Source: Acanthaster planci (Eukaryota). From it: DNA of 64,000 nucleotides. The stretch's first letter is position 1; every line of letters starts with the position of its first letter. The translations under genes and the position numbers were made by a program. A model generated the notes under the pieces. The model ran no database searches. It was not told the DNA's origin and saw nothing but the letters and a program-made list of their open reading frames with translations. Positions 13,123-26,430 of the stretch are shown piece after piece. The stretch lies in the NCBI RefSeq assembly GCF_001949145.1, contig NW_019091357.1:3293078-3357077 (forward strand), written 5' to 3'.

Positions 13123-16100
13123 GACCGCCGTTGATATAACAAGAAGCGGGACTCCGTGAATGCAGTTATCGAGGCTTGCAACTCTGACTGTTAAGTGCCA
13201 CGTCTGATCCGACGGAGCGTTTTTGTCTCCAGCTTAGAGCTGATCCGGTGACCTGATGTGTTTCGAAAGTAACAGACTGCAGAACTTTTTCAGCCACGTG
13301 ACTGGACCGCCTTGGCCACGGTGATCGCATATATTTCTACAGGCAGTGGTGCAAGCGCACGTGCGACGCTGCGTGCTTGACTAGTTTATCTTGAGTAAGT
13401 AGATTACCATCACAAAACTATCCACTCATTACCATCTAAACACGTGGCAGTCCAGCACGATTGTGACTTCGTACGACAAAGGGCCGTAGACCTTTTCACT
13501 GAGGAAATCATAATTATGCACGCATGCGCCCAAATGTCCTTGGCGTCAAGAAGTGTTAGCAGGCTTGCTACATATATAACCACGAAACCCCTTTGTAACC
13601 TATGATTGCCGCCGCAATTTGTCGATGGTAACCTGCATCCTTAAAACCTCGTGTACTGAGGTATAGGAAATTGAATATTCATGCCTTTGTTGGTGCTAGG
13701 TATGATCTCATGACAATATCAAATTTAATGCTTGCGCATTTGCTTGTATTACGTTGTGTGCCCTAAATCTGTATGTGCAGTCATAATTGCCCTTAATAAA
13801 CTCTTTCTTCTGGAATTATTTTGGGAATAAATAGCTCAGTTGTTTACAAGATTTTGTGTTTTGTTTGAATCATATTTATTATGGCGTTTGTACAAAAGCG
13901 TATTTTATGAGATTTCACGATCGCTCCCTGTGATGAAATAGCGCATTTTGTTCCGAATGAACTAAGCTTTCCAGTAGTAATGAACATTTTGTTGGCCAGT
14001 CTTAGTCAAATTTGTATCAAGTCTTTGAACAATGATGTATTGGTAAAATGGAGGGAGGAGAATAAAATTACAAACTCTGCATGGATAATGGAACAGTGTA
14101 TGGCAAAATTTAAAAGTTTATTTACGATGGCAAAAGTAGGTCTGATATCAGGAAGTTTTCTCTCTCTATTTCCTGGTCACATTGATAATTTGTATTTAAT
14201 TGCCAGCACAAAACTACAAGTATTGCTAGGATATTACCGACCCCGCTTGTCCGGCGAAGATGCAGGCAGTAATTAGGCATTTTTGGAATGTTTTCTATTA
14301 TTTGTCTGACTCAGCGGCGACCATAATTGAACACTTTGAAGTGTCTGAATTGCTGCTCCTTCTGTGTCCTTCCTCTATTGTTGTGCACCCGCAAATCTTG
14401 GAATTCTAGCGCCCCCTAATTTTACTCGTTCTCGGTCATTGCATTTCTCAGGGTCTCTTATTTAGCTCAGCTATGCATTATGGACATGTAGCAGAGACGC
14501 TAATTTTGTATGACTGGACAGATGCAAAACTTACCCTTTAATCCTAAAAGGTTTATTTTGGACCATCTCAGAGACGGGGGAGGATTCAATGATTTTATTG
14601 GGGATGAATTGCAACCCCGAATAAGAACTGGAACCCCGCTGCCCCATACCTGTTTAAAACCTAGCATGCCTATAAAGACACTAAAGTTTCACCATTCAAT
14701 CACACATATGGTCTTGCTGTTACTGTCACTTTAAGTTCAAGGCCACAGACGTGCTGGGCCAGCGTGCACTGTGTACTGCAGTGGAAATACACATTCTCCA
14801 TTGCAGTCTCGGAAAAATGAGCGCTGCGCGAGAACACAAGGGGTTAAACTTTTAAGTTCTTTGCTGATGGTTTCGTTGCAACTCCCCTTATTCTAGTCAC
14901 GGCAACATCAAATTGATGTTTACACTCGGACGATGCGGGACATTACGGGATCAGACTCGGACCAGATCCTTCCGTCCCCATGACGGTGATCAAAAAAGAT
15001 GGATCAGATCCGGATCCAGACCCCGATCCACCTCGTGCATCACCCTTCGATCATCATTGAGGGATCATATCCTTGTAACCCCTTTGTGGAATGTAGTTTG
15101 AGCGCATTGATGTTTCCAGGCTAAACATTTTCGTGTAGAACCCATAGATGTTAGTGTTCAGTTGCTTGACACCATTCACTAATACCCCATAAATAAGTTG
15201 GTAGCAAGGACGTTTAAGAAAAATTCTTACCCCCCTCAAGCAGTGGCACCCCCCTCATCTGCTGAAAAGAGCCATGTTGGTGGGGAGTGTCCATTTTGTC
15301 GGTGGCCATGCAACCGTAACGTGTGCATTTCACAATCGTTTGTGAACCAGCGACATGCAGTTCCCGCCATAAGAGCCTGCGTTGCTAGGAAAATTGCGCC
15401 CTCTCTAGGTCCATCTTGGGACTCATAGACGGCTCTCATAATTGCCTACTGTTCTATGGGTGGCCAAAGTTTGCAGAGACGTATATTAATCTTACCCCAT
15501 AACTCATAATTAGGGTTATATTCTTATCAGGTATGTACATGCATTCATACTTTAAAATATTTTGATAACTGTGTGAGATTTCGTGAATTATTCTTTCTCT
15601 TTTTTGCTGAGGGTCAGCCGGCGCACTTGTACAGGTGGCTGTGGAGTAAAACGAACCGTCACCTATTGCTACTAAGTGGGTGCAGTGCGGTGTAAGCGTA
15701 ACGGGTGTCGGCGTGCAAGGTGAAACTTTCAAAAGCGAAATCAGGACGCTGATAGACAAAATATCATGGATTATGAGCGCACAGTCGACTTAACGTCTTC
15801 TTAGTGTCGTCACTGATTAGTTTTGTACATAAAAGAGATACAAAAAGGGACTGCAACCGGCAAGCGAAAATTCTGACTACGCGCCAACTGTGAATACGCT
15901 TTGTCCATCTGTTCGTTGGCTTAATTAAACAGTCGGCGTAATCAACGTTGTGCAAAAGCCTGGATATTGATGCCACTCTGTATGATAACACGTCACAATG
16001 CCGGAAAAGTTTGTGCCTATTTCGTTGCATGAAAGTGACTGAGATTTATCCTCCCTCAAGATTATAGAACTGTTACAGTGTTTGGGTTAAAAACAAAGCA

Positions 16101-16235
16101 AGAGTCGATGGTTAAAAATAATGAAATAAAAAGCCTTGTAAGTATATATAGGAGCCACTTGTCTGACGCTCTGCTAGAGGGCCCGCAGTGCCTCCATTAT
16201 GCTTCAAATTCCAGCCACAGATAACACCACGCTCC

Positions 16236-19200
16236 TCATTCATAGATGATATTTTCAACCCATTCCGTCTGAGCATCATTGCATTCCTCATCTCTACGGC
16301 TAGCAGTTTCAGACCTGCTCGACTCGCCACCAAAGGAAGGATAGTTTTCATAGACCGCAGCGCCCTCTGTTCCCGTCGATGTCGGTGGGCGAGCAATAGC
16401 GCCCTCTTCAGCTGCGGTCGACGAGCCCTCAACGTGAGCGGCGTCGTCTGGGTTAGAGGAAGCCGGGGAGGTATTCTCTCTGCGACTTCCCTTGCGTAGG
16501 GGCTTGGCGTAAACAGGCGGTTTGGTTGCTGGGATGATGTCCATATTTGAGTAGGTGGGATTGTTGGCCAACACCATGCCGTTAGGCAGTCGACTGCGAA
16601 TGCTCATTACTCGCTGAGGCTGATCCGTTCTTTTCTGCTTTCTTCTGTTGAAAATGTGGAGGGAAAGCCAAACAGGGCCATTAAACGATGCTAGAGATGC
16701 AAATTCCTCTTAATTAAGCATTAGGGTTACGATTATGAAAGCTGTTTTCTTTTCATAACGGAGGTAAAAGAGACCGCGATTTATGAAACGATAAGTCCGA
16801 ACGAAAACGGCGCATATTCCACCGTATGAAACCTCTGGCTGGGCTTTCTTGATCAATGTTTGAGAGAGTGCGGTTCGATACTGAAATTGTTCCCAACTAA
16901 AAACTGATAATGTCTGTACACTGCTCCAGGTCACTCATTAATCTGATTTCTACCGCAAGACCCATTAAAATAAATCAAAGAAAGAAATGGGCATATTAAA
17001 CAAACTATACCCACACACCAGTTTTTTCTTTCAATTTTTCCCCGATGGAAAATGTTAATCCAGAGAAATACCTTATCGGGGCACTTCACAAACCCCAAAC
17101 ATTCTACGGTACTATTCGAAAATGTGAGTGACAACTTTATTTCGAAAAAAAAATTACCTTTTCCGTCGGAGCAAAAACAGCACTACAGCTGCCAAGACGA
17201 GTATGGCGAATATCACCGCCACGGCTATTCCTGCTCCACCTCCTAACGACATCAACATAGATTATAGATAAGGTGTAAGACTTAAATACCACTGGTATCC
17301 CTAGCAGAAGTCAATAATTGACTCGATTTCTTTAATCATTTGGCAGAGTAACTGTTGTACCTGGCAACAAAAGTCCCCAACCAACGACCGACATACCGAC
17401 TAACTACAATCAGACAAAAACGAATGGTTACAGTTTCCTCCACGCATGGAAAGACCTGACTCCCGCACCTTTTGATGGAACTTACTTGTTCGAAATTAAA
17501 ATGAACACCTGCCCCATCCCTTCCCTGTAAAACTGCTAATGTTTTAACTTCTTTTCTTCACGACATTTAGTTAAACTGAGTTAGCCATGTCTAATGTAGC
17601 TCAAACGATGCCAGTTTGGATTGACAGGGGCAAAATGGGGGCCTTTTCAGATTAAAAATGAGTAGAACTGATAAGTCTAAAAAGAATTTGCGGACGGGGG
17701 AGAGTTGATAATACCGATTGTGCTTTATCAACTTTTACAATAATCAAACGAGACAAAATGTTAATTGACCGCATTCGAGGGGTACCCAATTTCAGTCGTA
17801 TTCCTGAGCGTATTGTGAAACATTTGAAACCCTTAATGGATGGTAACAGGAGATTTGGGGGGGGGTCGGAATGAAATCGTATCTGGTTCCTTAAATTAAC
17901 GTTTTCAAATGAATACACTGCGTAGGGGAATTTGACTAAAATTGGGTCCCCGCGAATACGGTCTATTTTGCAAAATGTTCTCGAGCGAGAGAGAGAAAAA
18001 AGACCGTGCAGAACCATTTGCCCTCCCCCCTTCCCCGCGCTGAATACCACACTGAGCAAGATGGATTCAGAAAGGTTCTTAAATTTCAAACCTTGACTGA
18101 GATCACTATTCATTATCTGCTGTCTAGTGGAGAGCGAAACGGAGGCCTCATCAACGGTTGGGATTACATCAGTTGGTGTTGTATCAGCTACAAAAATGTT
18201 TGTGATTCGAGGAATAGATTATTTACATCACACGTATAATTTTCTTATGATAATTCGTGTCTTAAGGGTATGATCTGCCACGTGCTACAAGGTTTAATTT
18301 ATGTGAACCCCCCCCGCTCGGGCCCTGCACCCTGGCTGAGTGACGCTTTGAGACAGTACCAACATGGGGCTAGATATAGCTAACTTGGTAAATCACTTGT
18401 GGAAGTGTGGTACAGGAATCACGGGTCTCCCCATTGTGACTGAATAATGTTTGGCTTTAATAGGGTCTACTCTTTTGACGTCACGGTCGTGGTTTCCAAT
18501 CAAGCGCATGCTAAAATATGGTTGGCCGTCGATACCTAAGTGAAAGATTGATTCACAGAGTGTTAAAAATCCCACTTAGCTATCAGAAAACTAGTATACG
18601 TACTATGAAACACTAAACACCAAAAGGTGATATTTCGGCAAACTTTGGCCGCCCATACAAGTTGTAGGCAAAACGAGAGTGGTATGGAAAAGACTTAACC
18701 GCAACCAACTAGCAACTCCAGCCCCACCTCTCTCTTTGTCATCGCTGAGGGGGTACATCGGTGTAAAGAGCCTACTCTTGCACGTTTTATCTTAAAAAAA
18801 GTCGATTGCCATCTTACCGGAACACGAAGGAACGGAGCCATTCCATGCGGCACCATCGCTCGCAGAGCTTCCTAGCGAGCACTGAATAACGGTGGATGCA
18901 GCGTCACGGTCAAATCTGAAGCCGGCGGCGCAGGTGAACTTGACGATGGTGCCGAAGTAGAAAGGCAGCAAGTCTGTTGCCTGTTGCACGTCGCGCTCCC
19001 CGTGAAGGGGCGTGCCTGGGTCGTCACATAGGCCCAAGTTAACTGTCAGTTGCATAACATTTTACAGAGAGAAATTTTCATCAGCCTTATTGATGGAAGG
19101 GCAAAAAAAGATGGAACTTTAGGAATGGGGGGTACCAGGTGAAGGTCATTTCTCTGTGTTACGAAGTGTAGCAGAGAAAATTTGTCTGCAGGTTGCAAGC

Positions 19201-22200
19201 TTAACGCTTGAGCAAGCCTCATTAGAATGAGGTTAATTTGACTGGAATGTAACAGCAAGAAGATAAAAAAAAGACGTAGAAACCTTGGGTGCGGCCATTC
19301 TAGTCTGCGTCCTCCACTGTATGCGCCATAGGTTGGTTTATTCGGTGACCACTTCATTGATATATAATCTAATGGATTTGCTATGCCATGAGGTTTTCCA
19401 GAGCCTTTAGCCCATAGAGTTTTATCTTTTTTCCCCTGGGCAGGAAATTCGCAACCTTTACAGTATCTACATATGAAACCAGGATAGTTTCAATTTATTT
19501 GCATAATATTATACAATGACCGGCAGAGAAATTCCACAGATTAAGACCTGTTATATTTGAACTGCATATCAAAACTTTGGTTTTGATATATAACAGTAAT
19601 GCGTTGGAAAATAAACCAGCCGACGCTTGCCAGGCGGACAGGCTACATACAATTTACAATGTTTGCATGGGTACCAGAGTTATGTTGTGTATTTGAGGTA
19701 AGCGCAAAGGGGTGCGCATAGAACAGACTATTTTATCCAGCGGAATTTACTGTAACAATCACGTGAAGATTGTACTTGCGAGGTTTCTCGAGAACTCGTA
19801 ACATTGTTATCACTGTACGCCACGTCATGGTCATGTGACTTAAGTGCGCAACTATGGTAAAGTGAAACTGTATACCATGAAATGGGACGGAGGGATGCCC
19901 CCCTGGCCTGTCCAATCCCTATACACACTCTAGCCTATTGTTACTTAACGCATTCCCCCTAGATGTCTGAAAAAAATTCCCGAAATACCAGTGTAACAAT
20001 GACCATGCAGCGCAAAGGCGGGGGGGAGGTGCTGTGTCCCATAGTTTGCTTCATACGTGAAACTGAGTGGACCTGGAAACTGGAGAAGACAACAAAAAAC
20101 CCTTAAACAAACAACAAAACAGAAACAGTGTGAAATGAATCATTTACCTTCATACAGTGAGATTCTTACAGGATTTCCTTCACCGCACGTTTGATTGGTG
20201 TTTCCGCTGCATGGAGTTTTGCACCTGGAGTCGGTGCTGCGAGGGTGGTGCAGAGCACTCATATTACCGCAGCGGCAATGGGTACCGCTTTCGACTCCAG
20301 CGTAGTGGTACCAGCGATTCCTGCAGTACCCCAAACACCTTTCCACCGAGAGGTCATCTTTAAACTTTCTTCTACTCCCACTAAGGACGTATCCACTTCC
20401 CCCCTCGCTGTAACAGCCCACATAACCTGGAGCTGAGGGAAATGTTCCAAGTTACAACAACTGGAGTACAATGTTCGTTGTTTTGTGGACTTTGAAGAAA
20501 ATCCCGCAAGCTTTTGAATACAATGTGACCAGCTTAAAAGTCGGTGTGTGCGTTAACGAAGACCAATTTCAATGATATAAGCCACTAATCACAGAATCTA
20601 CGAATTTCGGAGCAAACACAAAGAAACAAGGGAAAAGACAAACAAACAAATGGGTTACTGGGGTAAACATTATGTAAATGTATATAATTGATGCCTGAAT
20701 GGTGCTGCTACTAAGTCGATTTGAGCTCAGTAAACCATTACGGTAGCGGCTCAATCGAAACGGGTCATGGAATTATGTTTGCCTTCCAGCCTCCGCGGAC
20801 GGATAATGAGGGCGCAGTCTGTGGAAATAATAAGTGTAAGGTTCTGCCGGAATACAGATGTACATCTGTATCATGAACATTGCCTCCTAAATAGAGTCAA
20901 ATTGTGTCAACACCCCGCCCCGCTTTTCAAATTTCCATGTCTTGGCAAGTCATCCCCCCAGAATTCCCCGTCCCCAATTTCCGACACAAATTTGTGGCAC
21001 TTCAGGTGTATAATGGGGAAAACGTTCGACCATAGAGCTAGGAACACAAGGTCCAACATTGTACCTGTACATACAACTCCCGCAGCTCCAGACTTGCACG
21101 GGGTAGCGGAGAATTCATCTCTGTATGAGCAAGACGAGAGGTTGGATTCTCCTAGCGAAAAACAAAACCCTTACTGAGCTTTAGCCCATTTCGTGAACCA
21201 TGTTCGTTGGCAGCATGTTTAGACACTCTTCGATAGGGTTCATTTTGTTTGCTTTGTTATAATTTTGTCCACATGGGCTATTTCGCATTCTCTTGTGACT
21301 ATAGTGGAAAAAGTCTGTAAAACTTGCTAGCAACACTTCACTCGGAGAACCTATTGTCGATTTTTGATCTTACGCTTTGGACAATGGCAGTGAGTATTGA
21401 GTATACTTAAGTGAACATGCATTATTGGTGAAAACTTGTCACAGGTTACAGACATCTAACTCGACAGGTGTCCAGTACCAGCATATCAGCCCAATACCTT
21501 TATTACAGTCGAAAGCTCCGACAGTAAGGTTCCTTTCTGCCACATTGAAATACGAATTATGTTTTACAAAAGCAGCACCGGGAAAGCCAAGTTCTTGGCA
21601 GGTAGCTTGAACGTCGCGGAAATGCCAGTCAGCGTCACAGACCGTGGCCCACTGCGACGAGTAGGCGTGCCAAAGCTCGACTTGACCGGCATTCGGAATC
21701 TTGTCTCCCCCACCAACGAGTCGAACCTCTGCAGAGAAAGTGCAGGGAATCAACACGCATAGGAGGGTTGGTCGTAAAAGAAGGGAAATTGGTTATTAAA
21801 ACTAACTTCAAATTCTCAAAGTGAATATAGTGATGTTACCATCTTTTCGGAGATTATCATTCTTACTTGTTAAATCCAGCTGTACAATAGACTTTTTTTC
21901 TGTGCTGTCACAACCATGCTGGATCGCCATGTGTTATGATGGTAATGAGTTGATAGTGACGTGTGGTAATCTACCTATTCAAGACGAACTAGTCAAGCAT
22001 GCAGCGTTCGCACGTGCGCTTGCTCGTGGTTGAAGCTGCCCGTAGGAATATATGCGATCACCGTGGCCAAGGCGTCCACACGTGGTGGTACTGTTTACAT
22101 AATTAGCGCAATCCAGTCAAGTGGCTGAAAAAGGTCTAAAGGCTCTCAGTGGCGGCGCCCAGTCTCCCTGTGCTGAAAAAATATGGCGTGACGATTTAAC

Positions 22201-22625
22201 ATTTAATTCCAGGATTACATCCAGCAACATATGGGACGGAGGGGAACCCCCTTACATGCCTAATCCCTTTACACACCCTTAGGCTTGAGTATTGTTACGT
22301 AACACATCCCACTAGATGTTTGAAAAACTTCCTCAGATTCCTATCACACAATGACCAACACAAAGGTCCTTACAGTGCTCGCTCCGTCCTATGTCTAATT
22401 GCTTCGATTCTGTCCGGAATAGAGAGCGAGACCCTATCTCTATATCCAACAACAAAATGTACCGTGAACACAAACAGGCAGATGTCCGTAGAACAAATGC
22501 TATTTACGTGTAGCAACTAGCATGTACATACCTGCAGCGTTCACGTCAAGCAGCAAAAACGTGATCCTCAGAACCATGAAGGAACCCTGTGTCAGTCCAA
22601 AATGGATTACTCTTCTCTTTTCCAT
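16236..22625 (-). CDS. Type I membrane protein: signal peptide - SRCR - WSC - CCP/Sushi - S/T stalk - TM - Tyr-motif cytoplasmic tail (503 aa)
   Basis: Exons: 22532-22625 (leader); 21498-21728 and 21065-21151 (SRCR: EVRLVGG..GQVEL..WATVCDADW..ATCQELGF..FDC.KGESNLSSC..AGVVC); 20148-20432 (WSC: YVGCY..SVERCLGYC..YAGVESGTHCRCG..CSGNTNQTCG); 18818-19042 (CCP: CDDPGTPLHG..VKFTCAAGF..IQC..WNGSVPSC); 18092-18187 (stalk); 17158-17242 (TM: IAVAVIFAILVLAAVVLFLL-RRK); 16236-16644 (tail). All introns are GT-AG and the exons join into a 1512-nt open frame. The leader and stalk exons are the least certain. Confidence 0.85.
19882..20010. repeat. Dispersed repeat (copies at about 22231-22360, inverted partial at about 26910-26945)
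   Basis: Shared atgggacggaggg...tattgttac...ctagatgt.tgaaaaa...caatgacca. Confidence 0.65.
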
Positions 22626-23978
22626 GGTAGGCCTACTCCCAAAATGTCAGAAGAAAGATGGCTGAACCATTCACAGATTTTCTTATAATGGGTTGTTTTG
22701 TTGTTTCGGCGTCAGTAAGGGATTTCCGAGTTCCCTCTGATAAAATATGATGACCTGGAAATATGGTGAGGATAGGAAGGAGACATTGCGAAACCAGTAG
22801 GCGAGCATGGCTGCGTCAAAATATGGGTGCGGCTAGCTATGAACTGTGACACACGCGTCCATACAGAAAATCCTTGGAGCCGCTCTGGCTGAGCTTCCAT
22901 TCGTGCGTTATGATACCCGACATAAGCCACTTTCGAACGCATGCAGTCTGTGTATCGCAACCGCATCCGGAAATTGACCCGATACTTGAGGAAGGCAGTC
23001 TGCAAGTGTGGCATGCTATTCACTGTTATTTCCTTTACAGTGTCATGAACTCGTCTTTTCCTGTTGTTTATTGGTAAAGATGTACGGAAAAGAGAAAGTC
23101 ATGTACATGACCTTCGTACATGGCTTTGCAATTATACCACATAACTGTAAGCACCGCGTGATTTCCTGACTTTATATTGACATTGCAACCACTTAAAATA
23201 CCCGAGCAACACTGAAACATTTCTGTCTTCTGATTACGTGATAACCGTCAGCTGCATTTGGTACGATTCTGGGGTCCTTGAGCGGGCCCCTGACCCCACG
23301 CCGCTCAGGGCTTCGCGCTCGCATTTGTTCTAATCAGGGCTATCTCCCCCACTTTCAAAAGTAATTCGACGCATCACCATTAAACAACTAAATCATTATC
23401 ACTGGAGGTTGAGAATATGAACATTGAAGATATATACCCGTCATTCCACTCCATATAGGAGTTTGAGAAGTAATGCACATTTATAAGACTTTGTAGCATC
23501 AGGTTAATACCAAGTGAAGGCTTTTACAGACGAAAAATGGCAAAGATGTCAGCAAAGAAAGAGAAGTTTGGATCGACACCAAACAGATTAGATACTCTGA
23601 TCTACCAAAGCATTAGTGTGCTTACAAAAATTGTAGGGCAGCGGCTGGAAGTCGAACTGTGCTGGGGAATAAGTTAGAGAAGAGATCCCCGCGGCTATGG
23701 CTAATTGGCGCAGATGCCAACACACGTGCGTCCCATCCAGGCCATGCACAAGTGCAGTTACTTGATTCTCCACGGTCATGATCAATAGTGGATCATAGAG
23801 CTGTGTTAAATTAACACCTACATGCAGGCCTATAGCTTTACTATCGGGATATAGCTTTAAGTCGAAATACTAGCGTCAGTGTTAAATCCATATTTGATTC
23901 ATTCAGGATGAATGAGCATGCACGAGTGCATGTTAACCAGCATAATATTGTAACGCAATAGCAATTTGCCGAGTGTTA

Positions 23979-24096
23979 GGCCGTGTCCGAAACGGGCTTC
24001 CAGAGCCACGGGTAGGTCTATCGTCTACGCGTCTCCACGCATTTTTAATGGAGTGACGACCTACACCTAGCTCTAGACAAGAGATTCAAATGCAGG
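23979..24096. mobile_element. MITE of about 115 bp, family C (copies at 47403-47516 and 57588-57687)
   Basis: Shared gtccgaaacgggcttccagagc...gacctagctctagacaagagattc..atgcag, with GGC-type inverted ends (Harbinger-like, inferred). Confidence 0.7.
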
Positions 24097-24152
24097 TGAA
24101 TGCTACCGTAGTTACGTAGGGGGGCAGGTCTGGTACCCATACGTCAGCCAGG

Positions 24153-24590
24153 GCTGACATGCCTAGCTAAACGTTGGCGCCGGACTAATCATGAGTAGTA
24201 TATAATGAGCGTGTTGCGCGCCATGCGGGATCAGTTCCTTCTCAGTTCTCACCGAGTGTGGTCTGAGCCCAGGACAAGTGCACCGCTGTCCACAGTCAGT
24301 TTTGAGGTGTACATACTGTGTTTTGAGGGAAGGATTCTGTCCACGAGGCAAACACCATCGGGTGGTGAGTGGACGTAAAACTTCTAGTTAGTCGAATTTG
24401 CCAGTGGAGTCTAGCTTATGTTTACCTCAAAACTGACTGTGGAGAGCGGTGCACTTGTCCTGGACTCAGACCACACTCGGTGAGAACTGAGAAGGAACTG
24501 AGTAGGAACTGAACCCTCCGACACGCAGCACGATCATTATGTACTACTCGTGATTTAGTCTGGCGCCAACGTTTAGCGCGGCATGTCAGT
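24153..24590. repeat. Long inverted repeat (foldback element)
   Basis: Arms at about 24153-24315 and 24417-24590 are reverse complements, e.g. tcagttctcaccgagtgtggtctgag / ctcagaccacactcggtgagaactga. The spacer is about 100 bp. Confidence 0.9.
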
Positions 24591-25274
24591 CACGAGTTAG
24601 ACGATGAGCGTTCAATTTATACAGATGTGCGCGGAAATGTGCGCCTTCTACGTCTCTCAACATTCTGGCGTACATGAAATTGCCAAGAGAAATACTCAGA
24701 TTCAGAAATGCGTGAGCCTCAACGAATGTGGTACGCTTCATGAAATGAATTTGCCTGTCAGGGTACGTCACGTGAAAACCCCTGCAGAGTGCACCACTAC
24801 AAATAAATTCCCATAGATAGGCAGTGATACATCCCCATACTTCAAAAATATTTTTAAAATACAACTTTCACAGGTGTTCAGGCTGCACAGAAAAATGATG
24901 TTCCACGTGTCCTCTTTAATTTTCCTTTCAATTTTTAGTGGGTTGACCAATGACTTTTTGAGAAATTCTCACCCAAAGCAGACCACCCCTAAAACGAAGG
25001 AAATTTCACTACCCGGGAAAGTGGCCATTTCGAAAATGCATACCTCTGCAAAATGGCTCAAATAGTGCCACTTTCGGACCCGATTGCATCCAAATTGCTC
25101 AGAATTGGAAGCCTTGAGTCCGGCCCAGAGGTTCAGTCTCGTATTTCTTCAATTCCTCAGTTCCATGGCTCTCAGGACCCTCTAATACAGAATATTTTGA
25201 GTGTATAACTTTTATTAATGAGCTCGGCGGACATATTTCTTGCCTTTTTGCAAGGGTGCACCCTGCAGAGTTTA

Positions 25275-25386
25275 TGCACGGCAGCCATCTTCCCGGTCAG
25301 TGCTTTTGTTAGGGAGATATGCACAAATGGTCTACTCGTGTGTATCCCTACAGAGCAAACACTGACCGAGAAGATGGCTCCCATGC
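25275..25386. mobile_element. Hairpin MITE of about 115 bp, family D (inverted copy at about 58655-58765)
   Basis: TIRs gccatcttcccggtcagtg / cactgaccgagaagatggc. The internal tctactcgtgtgtatcccta is shared in reverse orientation with the second copy. Confidence 0.8.
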
Positions 25387-25939
25387 ATCACCTCTATAAG
25401 CTTGGCTGCCTCAAAAGTAATGCCTGTGGCTTGCAGTGTACAGAAGTCTATGTACATACAGACACAATACCATCTGAAGTCAGCTCTAGCCATTGTCACT
25501 ATTTCTGGATGAAGCCAAATCTCAACCCATTTCAACCAATCAAAACACAAATGATGAAATGAAAAGGAACTTTCCGTTTTCAAACTATTATTTATTTTTT
25601 CTGGTGTCTCAGACATGATACACTATTTGTTACGCATAAACAATGCTTTCTACTGCAGCGTTCCATACGCCCACGGCAAATGTTAAAGAGGGATAAGACT
25701 TTAAAGGGGGGACTCACTGTTGTGAAAAATTAAAGCAAGCTAACTTTTAAACTTAAGGTATGGGGCAGCAAAGTTCGGGGGGAGGGGGCATCTGCCGCCA
25801 GCTGTGAGATTGTCCAAACTAACCAGGCTTCTTTTAGGTTAAGAGACAGTAACTGAAACCCAAATAATGTATGCATGAGCCCCTTTCGTTGTGGCTCTGT
25901 TAAATCATAAAAGTGCATGGCAGTTGATGCTACCCAAGA

Positions 25940-26430
25940 AGTCGTGAGACCAGTGCCTATCTCATTAACGCATCAAGTCGAGTCTGTACGAAGATGACGC
26001 TCGGTCCTAGTCCCTGGCCTATCTTTAATGCATCAAGTTGAGTTTGTGTGAGGACGACGCTCGGCCCTGGTCCCAGTCTTGAGACCAGTGCCTGTCTTTA
26101 ATGCATCAAGTAAAGTCTATGCGAGGACGACGCTTGGTCCTGGTCCCGAGACCAGTGCCTGTCTTTAATGCATCAAGTTGAGTCTGTATGAGGACGACGC
26201 TCGGTCCTGGTCCCAGTCTCGAGACCAGTGCCTGTCTTTAATGCATCAAGTAGATTCCATGTGAGGACCATGCTCGGTCCGGGTCCAGACCTGTGCCTGT
26301 CTTTAATGTATCAAGTTGAGTCTGTGTGAGGGACGACACTCAGTCCTGGTCCCAGTCTTGAGACCAGTTCCTGTATTTAATGCATCAAGTCGAGTCTGTG
26401 CGTGGATGACACTCGGTCCTGGTCCCGGTC
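25940..26430. repeat. Minisatellite of about 7 units, 60-74 bp each, overlapping the TAF2 stop codon and 3'UTR
   Basis: The anchor ttaatgcatcaag and variants recur at about 25966, 26026, 26098, 26165, 26238, 26303 and 26377. Confidence 0.9.

Noticed and set aside
25940..26430. Regularly spaced repeats resembling a CRISPR array
   Set aside because: The whole unit repeats with no unique spacers, there are no cas genes, and it lies in a eukaryotic terminal exon. It is a minisatellite.
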